Positions 53,506-64,000 of a DNA stretch of 64,000 nt are shown piece by piece. Every line of letters starts with the position of its first letter. Position 1 is the stretch's first letter. Source of the stretch: an uncultured Planctomycetota bacterium. Its GTDB lineage: Bacteria > Planctomycetota > Planctomycetia > Gemmatales > Gemmataceae. The notes beneath the pieces were generated by a model that made no database searches, was not told the origin of the DNA, and worked only from the letters and a program-made list of their open reading frames with translations. Where the stretch lies: assembly GCA_963849325.1 (NCBI GenBank), contig CAWKHF010000011.1:94457-158456 (forward strand), written 5' to 3'. The position numbers and the translations under genes are program-made.

Positions 53506-54385
53506 TCACTCGATGATCTTGTTCAGCGGATACTCGACGATGCCGCACGCACCCGCCTGCTTGAGCTGCGGGACGATGTGGCGGACGATGTTCTCGTCGA
53601 GGATGGTGTTGACCGCGACCCAGTGCGGGTCGGACAGCGACGAGATGGTCGGGTTTTGCAGGGCCGGCAGGATTTGCAGCACGGCCGACAGGTCTGCCTG
53701 GCGCACGTTCATCATCAGGCCGACCTTGCCCTCGGCGGCCATCGCGCCCTGCAGCATCAGCACGATGTCGTCCATCTTCTCGCGCTTCCACGGGTCGGCG
53801 TAGGCTTGCTCGTTGGCGATGAAGCGCGTCGTGCTTTGCAGCAGCTCGTCGACGATGCGCAGGTTGTTGGCCCGCAGCGAGCTGCCGGTCTCCGTCACCT
53901 CGACGATGGCGTCGGCCAGGCGCGGCGGCTTGACCTCGGTGGCCCCCCAGCTGAATTCGACGTGCGCCGTCACGCCGTGCTCGGCCAGCCAGCGCCGCGT
54001 CAGGTTGACGACCTCCGTGGCGATGCGCTTGCCCTGCAGGTCCTTGACGGCACGGATCGGCGAATCGTTCGGGCACCGCCAGCACCCAGCGCACCGGCCG
54101 GCGGCTCACCTTGCTGAAGATCAGCTCGGCCACCTCCTGCACCTTGGCGTCGTTCTCCAGGATCCAGTCGTGGCCGGTCAGGCCGCAGTCGAGCGAGCCG
54201 TCCTCGACGTAGCGCGGCATCTCCTGGGCGCGGATCAGCGTACAGTGGATTTCCGGGTCGTCGATGGCCGGGTAGTAGCTGCGGCTGGCGTAGGTGATCT
54301 TGTAGCCGGCTTTGGCGAACAAGCGTGCCGTCGCTTCCTGCAGGCTGCCCGCCGGGATGCCGAGTTTGAGGATCGCTTGACTCAT
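53506..54385 (-). CDS. hisG: ATP phosphoribosyltransferase, long form (frameshift ~54070)
   Basis: [59 protein letters not shown]-terminal [10 protein letters not shown]. Confidence 0.93.
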
Positions 54386-54754
54386 TTCTTGTACACCTGC
54401 CTCGGGTCGAAGACGCGCTCGCCGATCACCTGGCAGTCCGTCGCCCTCGACGCGGCGGAAGAAGCAGCTGGCGTAGCCCTCGTGGCAGGCGGCGCCGCCG
54501 ACCTGGTGGACCTTGAGCAGGATGGTGTCGGCGTCGCAATCGATGAAGATCTCGCGCACTTCCTGGACGTGGCCGCTCTCCTCGCCCTTGCGCCAGAGGC
54601 GGTTGCGGCTGCGGCTGAAGTAGACGGCCCGGCGCGTGCGCAGCGTCTCCTCGTAGGCTTCGCGGTTCATCCAGGCCAGCATGAGGACGGCGCCGCTGTC
54701 GGCGTCCTGGGCGATGGCCGGCACCAGGCCGCCGCTTTTGTCGAAATCGATCAT
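54382..54754 (-). CDS. hisI: Phosphoribosyl-AMP cyclohydrolase (frameshift ~54435)
   Basis: [45 protein letters not shown]. Confidence 0.95.
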
Positions 54755-54781
54755 GGTCCTTTCTCACCCTATTCGGTTCGG

Positions 54782-55453
54782 TCAGGAGAAGGCGTCCTTG
54801 ACTTCCGGCTTGTTGAGCACCACTAGCCCCCAGATGCCAAAGGGCAAACCCAGAAGACAACAGTTCACGCACGGGATCATGGCCAGGATGCAGGCGGTCA
54901 TGGCCAGGCCATAGCTGCGCATCTGTTTCATTTTGACCGCGCCGAAGAGGATGAGGATCCCCAGGACCAACGATAGGATACCCAAGAGGATGTTGACACC
55001 TATGCTGGCCAAGAAGTCGGCATTGACGTTGCCGCGACGATTGCCGGCCTCTAGCGCCATCACGCTGATGCCCAGTACGGGTGCCAGGAACCTCAGCAGG
55101 GCAAAAGCGACATCCAGTCCGCCCACGACCATCAGGGCGCTGGCCGGGCCGCTGACGGACGACGAGGCCGCGGTCAACGAGGGCCGGCGCCGTCGGCGCC
55201 GCGGGCGTTCCTCGTAGTCGTCCTCCGGTTCGTCGTCGGGCGGCGGACCTTCGTCCTCTTCGTCCGCCGGCCGAGAGGGCCGGCGACGACGCGAAGGAGC
55301 CGGCTCGTCCACGACGCCCTCGGGGTGAGCCGGCCGATCCAGTTCGGCAAGAAACGTCGTCTGACACTTGGGGCACTTCACGTTCTTGCCGAGCAGATCC
55401 TCCGGCACGCGCAACGTCGCCTGGCACTCGGGACAGTGGATTTGTTCGGGCAT
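54782..55453 (-). CDS. Zinc-ribbon (MJ0042-like) membrane protein
   Basis: IHCPEC..VKCPKCQTTF; acidic/Arg linker; TM segments; GLPFGIWGLVVLNKPEVK. Confidence 0.85.
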   Translation of the reverse strand: MPEQIHCPECQATLRVPEDLLGKNVKCPKCQTTFLAELDRPAHPEGVVDEPAPSRRRRPSRPADEEDEGPPPDDEPEDDYEERPRRRRRRPSLTAASSSVSGPASALMVVGGLDVAFALLRFLAPVLGISVMALEAGNRRGNVNADFLASIGVNILLGILSLVLGILILFGAVKMKQMRSYGLAMTACILAMIPCVNCCLLGLPFGIWGLVVLNKPEVKDAFS

Positions 55454-55466
55454 GGTCAGCTCACGG

Positions 55467-55978
55467 TTAATAGCGGATCAAGCTGAAGACCTCGTGCGGC
55501 CGTAGCTTGTCGCGCCCGCCCAGAAACGACAGCTCGACGAGGAAGGCACAGCCAACCACCTGTCCACCCGCCTGGCGGATCAGCTGGCAACTCGCCGCCA
55601 TGGTGCCGCCGGTCGCCAGCAGGTCGTCGATGAGCAGCACGCGCGCCGCGGGCGTAGCGCGTCGATGTGGACGTGCAGCTCGGCACTGCCGTACTCCAAT
55701 TCGTAGCGCAACGAATGGGTGCGGTGCGGCAGCTTCCCGGGCTTGCGCAACGGCACTAAGGGTTTGCGCAGTTGGAGTGCCAGGGGAGCGGCGAACAGGA
55801 AGCCCCGCGCCTCGGCCGCCGCCACCACGTCCACCGTCGCGCTCGGATAGTGCTCCGCCAGCCGGTCGATGGCGTACTGGAAGGCGCGCGGCTCGGCCAG
55901 CAAGGGCGTGATGTCCTTGAAGACGATCCCCGCTTTGGGAAAATCGGGGATGTCGCGGATATAACAAGCCAGGTCCAT
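55467..55978 (-). CDS. apt: Adenine phosphoribosyltransferase (frameshift ~55655)
   Basis: [52 protein letters not shown]. Confidence 0.95.
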
Positions 55979-56097
55979 GTTTCCATCGTTTCCATCCGCC
56001 CCCAGCCAGGCAGCCAGGGGAAATCGCCGTCCGCTCGGCGAATGACACGACAGACGGTGGAATGAAAACCTAGGAAGTTTCACCCCTTGAGGCAACC

Positions 56098-56553
56098 ATG
56101 TCGCTGTTGATCCGTCGCGCCGCTCCCGCCGATGCCGCCCTCGTCGTCGAGTTCAACCATCTGTTGGCCCAGGAGAGCGAGGGCAAAACGCTCGACCCGG
56201 ACTTGCTTGGCCCCGGCGTAGCGGCGGGCCTGGCCGATCCGCGGAAGAGCATCTACTTCCTGGCTGAGGATGACGGCATGCCCGTCGGCCAGATCATGTT
56301 CACCACGGAGTGGAGCGACTGGCGCAACGGCTGGTTCTGGTGGATCCAGAGCGTGTACGTCCGCCACGAGGCCCGGCGACGGGGTGTCTTTCGCGCCCTG
56401 TTCGAGCACGTCGAGCAGGCCGCGCGGGCCGATGCGAACGTGATTGGCCTGCGCCTGTACGTCGAGAGCGATAATTACACCGCTCGGGAGACGTATCGGC
56501 GGATGGGCATGGAAGCCACCAGTTACGAGGTATTCGAGCGCTATCCGTTGTGA
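56098..56553 (+). CDS. GNAT family N-acetyltransferase
   Basis: EWSDWRNG..WIQSVYV..RRRGVFRAL..LRLYVE..N..A..Y..MG. Confidence 0.9.
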   Translation: MSLLIRRAAPADAALVVEFNHLLAQESEGKTLDPDLLGPGVAAGLADPRKSIYFLAEDDGMPVGQIMFTTEWSDWRNGWFWWIQSVYVRHEARRRGVFRALFEHVEQAARADANVIGLRLYVESDNYTARETYRRMGMEATSYEVFERYPL

Positions 56554-56578
56554 AGGGACCGCGAAGCCGCAAGCGGCC

Positions 56579-57373
56579 TCACAATCCCAGCACGTCGTTC
56601 ATGGTGTAGCGTCCCGGCGGGCGGCCCGCCAGGAACTTGGCGGCCAGAAGCGCCCCCCGCGCGTAGCTGTCGCGCGTGTGGCCCTTGTGGACCAACTCCA
56701 GCGTCTCGCCAAGCGTGCTGAAGATGATGGTGTGCTCGCCAACGTTGTCGCCGGTGCGCAGGGCGTGCATGCCGATCTCGTGCGGCGGACGCTCGCCGAC
56801 CAACCCCTCGCGGCCGTGCCGCAGCTGCGTCTGCCCCATTACCTCCTGCACCAGCCGCGCGAAGTGCAGGGCCGTCCCGCTCGGCGCGTCCTTCTTGAAA
56901 CGATGATGCCGCTCGACGATCTCCACGTCGAAGCCCTTGTCCTTGAGCAGCGCCGCCGCCTGCCGCACCAGTTGGAAAAGGACGTTGACGGACAGGCTCA
57001 TGTTCGGAGCCATCAGCAGGGCGGTGTGGTGGGCGGCGGCCTCAATCTGTTGTCGCTGGGCCGGCGTGTGTCCCGTGGTCGCCACCACCAGCGGGATGCG
57101 CCGCTCGACGCAGATCGGGAGTACCGCCATCGTCCCTTCCGGCATCGAGAAATCGATGAGCACGTCCATCCGCGCCTCGCACGGCACATCGGCACGGACA
57201 GGGATGCCCAGCGTCCCAAGTCCGGCCAGCTCGCCAGCGTCGCGTCCCTGTCGGGGGTGGTTGGCCGCTTCCAATGCGATGCCGAGTGCCAGTTCCTTGT
57301 CCTCGCAGGCCAGGCACACAAGGCGCTGTCCCATGCGCCCGGCGGCGCCGTTGATGCCGATGACGGTCTTCAT
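56579..57373 (-). CDS. dapB: 4-hydroxy-tetrahydrodipicolinate reductase
   Basis: GAAGRMG, DVLIDFS, VATTG, APNMS, ERHHRFKKDAPSGTA, GEHTIIF. Confidence 0.96.
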   Translation of the reverse strand: MKTVIGINGAAGRMGQRLVCLACEDKELALGIALEAANHPRQGRDAGELAGLGTLGIPVRADVPCEARMDVLIDFSMPEGTMAVLPICVERRIPLVVATTGHTPAQRQQIEAAAHHTALLMAPNMSLSVNVLFQLVRQAAALLKDKGFDVEIVERHHRFKKDAPSGTALHFARLVQEVMGQTQLRHGREGLVGERPPHEIGMHALRTGDNVGEHTIIFSTLGETLELVHKGHTRDSYARGALLAAKFLAGRPPGRYTMNDVLGL

Positions 57374-57514
57374 GGCTTACCTCCCCTGCTATGGTAGAGA
57401 AAACTCGGTGTCGTGCGGAGGACAAGGCCGACGGACTGCTCTTGCACGGCGGAGCACGGCCGGCTATCGTCCCACCGCTTCCTTTCCAACCCGGTCCCTG
57501 AGGAGGACAGAGCC

Positions 57515-57892
57515 ATGTCCCGTCACATCGGGATGATCGGCGCCGCGGCGCTGCTGGTCGTCGCGGCCGGCTGTTCGGCCAGTTCGTTCCTGCTGTCGTT
57601 CGCCAGTCCGAACGGCAAACAGCAGGTCGTCAGCGGCTCGGTCGATCAGGTTTCGATGAAGCTGCAAGGTACACTGAGCCATGCCGGCTTCGCGGTCACG
57701 TCGAACCGCCAGGGAGAGGACGTGCGCTTGGCCGGCGTCACCAAGTCGGGCAAGAAGTTCGCTCTGTTGCTGAAACGGCAGAAGACGAACAACGGCGAAA
57801 ACACGGTGGTCTCCGTCGAATGGGAGAAGGACGCCGACGAGCAATTCTGGCTGACCGTGCTGGAGATGTTGGCGGCGGCCGAGGCGCCCTGA
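57515..57892 (+). CDS. Putative lipoprotein
   Basis: GAGGAGG RBS; lipobox-like VVAAGC. Confidence 0.75.
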   Translation: MSRHIGMIGAAALLVVAAGCSASSFLLSFASPNGKQQVVSGSVDQVSMKLQGTLSHAGFAVTSNRQGEDVRLAGVTKSGKKFALLLKRQKTNNGENTVVSVEWEKDADEQFWLTVLEMLAAAEAP

Positions 57893-57971
57893 GACGTTCG
57901 CCGGCGCCGGCGTAGGTCCGTAGAATGGCCGCGTGTGTCCGCCCTGCCGGCCGCAACGAGGACCAGCCGAC

Positions 57972-59639
57972 ATGACCGGAGTGGAAGCCTTCCTGGACGT
58001 TCTCGCCGCCGCAGGCATCCGCTACATCTTCGGCAATCCCGGCACGACCGAGCTGCCGCTCAACGACGCGCTGGTGCAGGATCGGCGCTTCCAGTACGTC
58101 TTCGGCCTGCACGAAATCCCCGTGGTGGCGATGGCCGACGGTTTCGCCCAGGCGTCCGGCGGCGTCGGCGTGGCCAACGTCCACATCTGTTGCGGCCTCG
58201 GCAACGCGATGGGCATGCTCTACAACGCCCACTGCGAGGGGGCGCCGCTGCTGCTGACGGCGGGACAGCAGGACCGCCGCCTGCGCTTCGAGGAGCCGGT
58301 GCTGGCCGGCGACATGGTGAGCGTCGTGCGGCCGTGGACCAAGTGGGCCGCGGAGGTGCCGCGCGTCGAGGACGTCCCCGCCGCGGTACGCCGGGCTATC
58401 CAGACGGCGTTGACGCCGCCGACGGGTCCGGTGTTCCTGGCCCTGCCGGTGGACGTGCAGATGGAGACGTGCGACGGGCTGGACCTATCGCCGCCCTCGG
58501 TGGTGGATCGGCGCGTCCGTCCGCCGCTCGACGCCTTGCGCCGCGCCGCCGCTGTCTTGGGGCAGGCGCGGAACCCCGCTATCCTGGCCGGCAGCCGCGT
58601 TACGGAGTGCGGCGCCACGACCGAGTTGGCCGCCGTCGCCGAGCACCTCGGCGCCCCCGTAATGGTCGAGCAGGCCACCGCGCACGGCCGCGTTCCCTTT
58701 GCCACCGATCATCCGCTCTACGCCGACGGCCTGCCGCTGTGGTCGCCGGAGGTCCGCCGCTGCCTCGCCGACTTCGACGTCCTTCTCGTCGTCGGCATGA
58801 ACCTGCTGCGCAGCTACATTTACCACGAGCCGGCCCGGCCCATCCCCGAACACATCCGCCTCGTGCAGATGGACAATGACGCCTGGCAGATCGGCAAGAA
58901 CTACCCCGTCGAGGTCGGCGTGCTCGGCGATCTGAAGGCCGGCCTGGCCGAACTCGATCATCTGCTGGGCAACGTCATCACCGGCCCGCAGGCGACGGCG
59001 GCGCGAGCGCGGCTGGACCGCGCTGCGACGGCGCGGCACGCCGCACGCGAAGCACTACGGACGAAGATCGCCGCCGAGCGCGGTCGGCGGCCGATGACGC
59101 CGCTGACGTTGATGGCGGCGTTGGCGAAGGTACTGCCGCCGAACGCCGCCGTCATCGAGGAGGCGGTAACGACGACGAACGCGACGCTGGAGCGCCTTGG
59201 TGCGTTGAAAGACCCGGCGGGATATTTCGGCCATCGCGGTTGGGCGCTGGGATGGGGTCTGGGCTGTGCCCTGGGCGTCAAGTTGGCCTGGCCGGAGCGA
59301 CCCGTGCTGGCCATCCTCGGCGACGGCGCGGCATTGTACGGCATCCAGGGGCTATGGACGGCGGCGCATCACCGCATCCCCGTCACCTTCATTCTCTGCA
59401 ACAACGCGCAGTACCAGATCCTCAAGCACTGCGGCGATGCCATGCCGTTGCCGCGCATGGCCGCCCGCCAGTACCTGGCGATGGATCTGGTGCAGCCGGA
59501 GGTCGATTTCGTGGGACTGGCCCGTTCCCTGGGCGTCGAGGCGCAGCGGATCGCGGAGCCGGATGAGCTGAGCGAGCGCGTTCGCGCCGCCCTGGCCGGC
59601 GATAAGCCGGTGTTGTTCGACGTGCCGATTACGCGCTGA
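57972..59639 (+). CDS. Thiamine-diphosphate enzyme, benzoylformate decarboxylase-like
   Basis: FGNPGTTELP, GLHE, NVHICCGLGNAMG, GDGAALYG..NNAQY. Confidence 0.9.
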   Translation: MTGVEAFLDVLAAAGIRYIFGNPGTTELPLNDALVQDRRFQYVFGLHEIPVVAMADGFAQASGGVGVANVHICCGLGNAMGMLYNAHCEGAPLLLTAGQQDRRLRFEEPVLAGDMVSVVRPWTKWAAEVPRVEDVPAAVRRAIQTALTPPTGPVFLALPVDVQMETCDGLDLSPPSVVDRRVRPPLDALRRAAAVLGQARNPAILAGSRVTECGATTELAAVAEHLGAPVMVEQATAHGRVPFATDHPLYADGLPLWSPEVRRCLADFDVLLVVGMNLLRSYIYHEPARPIPEHIRLVQMDNDAWQIGKNYPVEVGVLGDLKAGLAELDHLLGNVITGPQATAARARLDRAATARHAAREALRTKIAAERGRRPMTPLTLMAALAKVLPPNAAVIEEAVTTTNATLERLGALKDPAGYFGHRGWALGWGLGCALGVKLAWPERPVLAILGDGAALYGIQGLWTAAHHRIPVTFILCNNAQYQILKHCGDAMPLPRMAARQYLAMDLVQPEVDFVGLARSLGVEAQRIAEPDELSERVRAALAGDKPVLFDVPITR

Positions 59640-59675
59640 GGGCCACTTGCGGCTTCGCGCGGGGCCGCCAGCGGG

Positions 59676-59681
59676 TATAAT
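59676..59681 (+). promoter_or_regulatory. -10 box 7 nt upstream of the hpnC ATG (possible leaderless transcript)
   Basis: TATAAT-tccgccc-ATG with no SD. Confidence 0.55.
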
Positions 59682-59688
59682 TCCGCCC

Positions 59689-60610
59689 ATGAGCAATGCT
59701 TTCGCCGTGGAGCTGGCGCGTTTCGGTCCCGAGCAATCCTACGCACCACCCTCGCGCGCACGGGCACAGTTTTATTGCAGTCGCCTGGCGCGGTCCCACT
59801 ACGAAAACTTCACCGTCGCCTCGGTCCTGCTGCCGCGTCCCCTGATCCGTCATTTCCACGCCGTCTACGCCTACTGCCGCTGGGCCGACGATCTGGCGGA
59901 TGAGTCCGGCGGCGGATCGCGCTCCCTGGCCCTGCTCGGCTGGTGGCGTCAGGAGCTGCGCCGCTGTTACGACGGCCAGCCGCACCATCCCGTCTTCGTC
60001 GCCCTGCGCGACACCATCCGCCGATTTGACATTCCGCCCCAGCCGTTCCTCGACCTGCTCGCCGCCTTCGAGCAGGACCAGTTCGTCAAGGGCTACGACA
60101 CCTTCGAGGATCTGCTCGGCTACTGCCGCTGTTCGGCCAACCCGGTTGGCCGGCTCGTGCTCTACCTGTGCGGGGCGTTCGACGTGGAGAGGGCGGCGCT
60201 GTCGGACCACGGTATGCACGGCGCTGCAACTGGCGAACTTCTGGCAGGACGTGGCCCGCGATTTCGCCATCGGCCGCGTGTATCTACCGCGAGGAGACCG
60301 CGAACATTTCGGCTACGGCGAGGAAGACCTGGCTGCCCGGCGCTTCACGCCCGCCTTCGCCGAACTGCTGCGCTTTGAAGTGGACCGCACGCGCGACCTG
60401 TTCTATCGAGGCATGCCGCTGGTCGGGCGGATGCCGGAAGCGATGCGGGCCGATGTCGAACTGTTCATCCACGGCGGTCTGGCTATCCTGCGCAAGATCG
60501 AACGCTGCGGTTACAATGTGTGGACGCGACGGCCGGCGCTGGCCAAGTGGGAAAAGGGCGCGCTTCTGGCCGGCGCTCTGTGGCGGCGACTGTCGAAGAG
60601 GGCATGGTGA
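59689..60610 (+). CDS. hpnC: Squalene synthase HpnC (frameshift ~60210)
   Basis: HYENFTVAS, YCRWADDLADE, DLLAAFEQDQ, YCRCSANPVGRLVL, CTALQLANFWQDV, GRVYLP. Confidence 0.92.
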
Positions 60611-60642
60611 TCGCGGGTGACAAGGTGAAAGAGTAACAGGAC

Positions 60643-61593
60643 ATGAATCATCCGATATTTCCCGTTTCCGCCGCGGTCCCGAGCCGTCCGGTCAGCTTGT
60701 CACCTTGTCACCTTGTCAGCTTGTCACCTTGTCATCTTCTGACGCGGACGCAATCGTATGTGTGGTGCGAACGTCTGGCACGACGGCAGGCCGGCAATTT
60801 CTACCACGCCTTTCGCCTGCTGGCCACGCCGCGGCGTCGGGCCATGTGCGCCCTGTACGCCTTCCTGCGCGTCGCCGACGACTTGAGCGACGGCCCGGAG
60901 TCGGTCGCGGACAAAAGCGTGGCCCTGGCCGACTGGAGGCAACAGTTCGACGAGGCGCTGGCGGGGCGCTATCACCATCCGCTGCATCCGGCGTTTCATC
61001 ACACCGTCGAGCACTACGGCATCCCGCGCCGCTATCTCGACGACGTGCTCGACGGCGTCGGCATGGACCTGGATACCGACCACTACGAGACCTTCGCCGA
61101 CCTGTACCGTTACTGCTATCGCGTGGCCTCGGCGGTCGGCCTGTCCTGCATCCACATCTGGGGCTTCAACGGCGACAAGGCCCGAGAACACGCGGAAGCG
61201 GCCGGCATCGCCCTGCAACTGACGAACATCCTGCGCGACCTCGGCGAGGACGCGGCGCGCGGCCGGGTGTATCTGCCGTGCGAAGACCTCGAACGCTTCG
61301 GCTACCGGGCCGAAGACCTGGAGCGCGGCGAGCGCGGCGAACGCTTCCACGAGTTGATGCGCTTCCAGGTCGAGCGCGCGCGGGGCTATTACGAGGCGGC
61401 GGCGCCGCTGGCCGGCCTGCTCGACCCGGCCGGCCGGGCGGTGTTCCTGGTCATGCTGCGTACCTATCGCGGCTTGTTGGAGGCGATCGTCCGCCGCGAT
61501 TACGACGTGTTCCGCAGCCGAGTACGGCTGAGCCGGCTGCGCAAGTTGTGGCTGGCGGCGCAGGTGTTGCCGCTGCGCTGGGGGTGGGGTTGA
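60643..61593 (+). CDS. hpnD: Presqualene diphosphate synthase HpnD (phytoene/squalene synthase family; start uncertain)
   Basis: NFYHAF, ALYAFLRVADDLSD, DGVGMDL, YCYRVASAVG, ALQLTNILRDLGED..GRVYLP; follows hpnC. Confidence 0.8.
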   Translation: MNHPIFPVSAAVPSRPVSLSPCHLVSLSPCHLLTRTQSYVWCERLARRQAGNFYHAFRLLATPRRRAMCALYAFLRVADDLSDGPESVADKSVALADWRQQFDEALAGRYHHPLHPAFHHTVEHYGIPRRYLDDVLDGVGMDLDTDHYETFADLYRYCYRVASAVGLSCIHIWGFNGDKAREHAEAAGIALQLTNILRDLGEDAARGRVYLPCEDLERFGYRAEDLERGERGERFHELMRFQVERARGYYEAAAPLAGLLDPAGRAVFLVMLRTYRGLLEAIVRRDYDVFRSRVRLSRLRKLWLAAQVLPLRWGWG

Positions 61594-61650
61594 AAAAGGG
61601 CGGCGTGACGGCGACGCGGCCGGCGTGCCGATAAGACAAAATGTGTTTAT

Positions 61651-61704
61651 CCGAGCCTGAAGCGTAAGCGAAGAAAGAAGACTTCGCTTACGCTTCAGGC
61701 TCGG
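61651..61704. repeat. REP-like palindrome (CCGAGCCTGAAGCGTAAGCGAAG family)
   Basis: Same arms as 37389 and 47805. Confidence 0.85.
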
Positions 61705-61796
61705 AGCCGCCGCGTGCAGGTTATAATGACAGTGGCGGTGGGATGGAATGAGTCGATTCTCGCCATCGACGACCGGCGATGGTTCCAGGGTCTGCG

Positions 61797-62550
61797 ATGA
61801 TGCGTTTGCTGACTTATAACATTCACAAGGGTGTCGGCAGCGATCGCCGCTACCGGCTGGAACGAATTATCGAGGTCATTCGGGAGCAGAATCCCGACCT
61901 CGTTTGCTTGCAGGAAGTGGACCGCAACGTGCGGCGGTCGCGCTTCCACGATCAGCCGGCGATGCTGGCCGAGTGCCTCGGCGCCGCAGCCCATCTGTAT
62001 CAACTCAACGTGCCACACCGCGAGGGCGGCTACGGCAACCTCATCCTGTCGCGTTGGCCCTTCCGCAGCCGGCAGCAGGTGTCCATTCGCCATCGTCTCC
62101 GCAAGCCGCGCGGCGCCAGCTGGTCGTTGTCCGGACGCCGGAGGGACCGCTGCACCTGGTCAACTGGCACCTCGGCCTGCGCGAGAAGGAGCGGCGCTGG
62201 CAGGCCGTGCATCTGCTCGGCCACAGCTGCTTCCTCGAATTCGCGCATCTGCCGACAATCATCGCCGGCGATTACAACGACTGGCGCAACACCCTGGGCA
62301 AGCATCATTTCACGCCGCATGGCTTCCGCCAGGCGACCGATCCGGTTCGCCGCTTCCGCAGCTTCCCGTCCTTCCTCGCCCTGGCCGCGCTGGATAAGGT
62401 CTACTACCGCGGCGACATCGACGTCCGCCACGCCGGCATCGTGCGCACGCCGCGGGCTCGGCTGGCCTCGGACCACCTACCGCTCGTCCTCGACTTCCAC
62501 CTGGCCAATCCCGCCCAGTTTGCCGACGACGCGGCGGCCACTCCGGCTGA
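61797..62550 (+). CDS. Endonuclease/exonuclease/phosphatase family protein, YbhP-like (frameshift ~62115; stop uncertain)
   Basis: LLTYNIHKG, DLVCLQEVD, YGNLILSR, NWHLGL, AGDYND, LDKVY, ASDHLP. Confidence 0.88.
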
Positions 62551-62596
62551 GTGCGCCCGGGCGGGACCGGCGTCTCGCCGGTCGGGGGACTGCGCC

Positions 62597-63828
62597 ATGC
62601 TCGACGCCGAGCTAGGACGGCCACCCGACGAGGGGATCGAGGAGGCCAACAGTTCGCCGCCCTCGGCGGAGTCCGGCCCCGTCTGCGTGACGGTCGCGGG
62701 CAATCACTTGACGCTGTTCGTGCAGACCTGGCCGCTCATCGAGTCGATGCTGCGCGACCTTCGCGCCGCCCGGACGCGCATCTGGCTGGAGACGTACATC
62801 TTCCACGATGACGCGGCCGGCCGGGCCGTGGCGGAGGTTCTGCGCAAGCGCGCCGTCGCCGGCGTGCAGGTCCGCGTCCTCTACGACGCCATCGGCAGCA
62901 AGGACACCTCCGCCGCCTTTTTCCGCGCCCTGGAGCAGGCCGGCGCTCAGGTCCACGCCTTCCATTCCGTGCGCGAGGCGCTGTGGAAGTTTTCCTTTCT
63001 TGCGCATCCTCAATCGCCGCAATCACCGCAAGGTGCTCGTCCTCGACGATACGGTCGCCTACTTTGGCGGCATGAACGTGGTAGACACCACGCTCGGCGC
63101 CCTCGCCGAGGCGGATCATTTGCCGGTCTCGGCTGGTCTGGCGCGACGTACACGTGCGGCTGAGCGGGCCGAAGCAGCGCGAGGTCGCCGAGAGCTTCGA
63201 GCGTTCCTGGCGGAGGGCGCACGGCGAGCCGATCGAGCGGCGGCCGCGTGCCTATCGCCGCGCTCAGCTGGCGGCCGGTGCCGAGAGTATTCAGTTCTTC
63301 GACACCGGACCCGGTTTGAAGCACGCCAGCGCCGCGCGCCTGTTCACGCGCCTTCTCCGCGCGGCGCGGCGGCGGATCACGTTCTCGATGGCGTACTTCT
63401 TGCCGGTGGGCCGCGTCCTGGACGAACTGCTGCGCGCGCCGCGCCGCGGCGTGCCGGTGCGCGTCGTCGTACCGGGCCAAAGCGACGTGGCCGTGGTGCA
63501 ATACGCCAGCCGCTATCTGTACACGCGCTTGCTGCGTCGCCGCATCCGCGTCTACGAGCGCCAAGCCGACATGCTGCACAGCAAAGTCATGATCGCCGAC
63601 GCCGCCTGGGTCGTGGTCGGCTCGTGCAACCTCGACGCCCGCAGCCTGTACATCAACTTCGAGTTCCTCGCCGTCATCCATTCGCGCAACCTGGCCCGCG
63701 TGCTCAACCGCGTCGTCGGCGAGGAGATCGCCCACAGCAAACGCATCACGCTGGAGCAATTCCGCGAACGCAATTGGTGGCGTCGCCTCGTCAACCGCCT
63801 GGCGTGGTCGCTGCGCTGGTGGTTGTAG
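62597..63828 (+). CDS. Cardiolipin synthase-like phospholipase D (ClsB-like; frameshifts ~63000, ~63135)
   Basis: GNHLTL, IWLETYIF, VRVLYDAIGS, HKD motifs NHRKVLVLD and LHSKVMIAD, GSCNLDARS. Confidence 0.9.
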
Positions 63829-64000
63829 GAGCATCAACGAAACGGCTCGAAATGGCGGGTTTTGTCTCGATTCGGATCGCCTGGTCACCAGGGCCGGAAA
63901 AGGCCGGAAAGCCGTCTTCTCGCGGGCTTCCCGTGCTTCTACAATGACTTCCGTCGCCGTTCGGAGAGGTGCCGGAGCGGCCGATCGGGCCGGTCTCGAA

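Noticed and set aside
53468-54754. HisI-HisG fusion ORF
   Set aside because: Caused by an indel at ~54435; corrected hisI ends at the ATGA overlap 54382-54385.

Overview
High-GC bacterial DNA with Planctomycetota (Gemmataceae-like) hallmarks: DUF1559, DUF1501, TIGR03000, an 'LEGLEER' export motif, ECF-sigma/Ser-Thr kinase pairs and a 'DLYGDPLP' WD40 protein. More than 20 genes, including hisG, hisI, apt and recQ, are broken by 1-bp indels, most likely uncorrected long-read errors, so gene models were rebuilt across frames by eye. The most notable locus is a ~14 kb minus-strand cluster (22772 to 8973): long atypical Hsp70, secreted WD40 protein, membrane-anchored TPR protein, second TPR protein, J-domain-like protein lacking HPD, GrpE, a second atypical Hsp70 and a Zn-ribbon/TPR/TM protein, behind a near-consensus sigma70 promoter with a ~480-nt leader. 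It looks like a specialised membrane-associated Hsp70 machine rather than the housekeeping dnaK operon. Other highlights: a predicted pseudokinase, a candidate phospho-activated ECF sigma, a (PT)59 surface protein, an HPF-like/SFPASDPP fusion, an unlisted 51-aa Lys-rich protein, a sigma54-driven Amt with an extra C-terminal domain facing a porin, a Uma2/DUF5678-like/aspartyl-protease cassette, hpnC-hpnD, and many REP-like palindromes, several in-frame inside genes. No rRNA, tRNA, CRISPR array or transposase was recognised. All family assignments are from motif recognition, not database searches.
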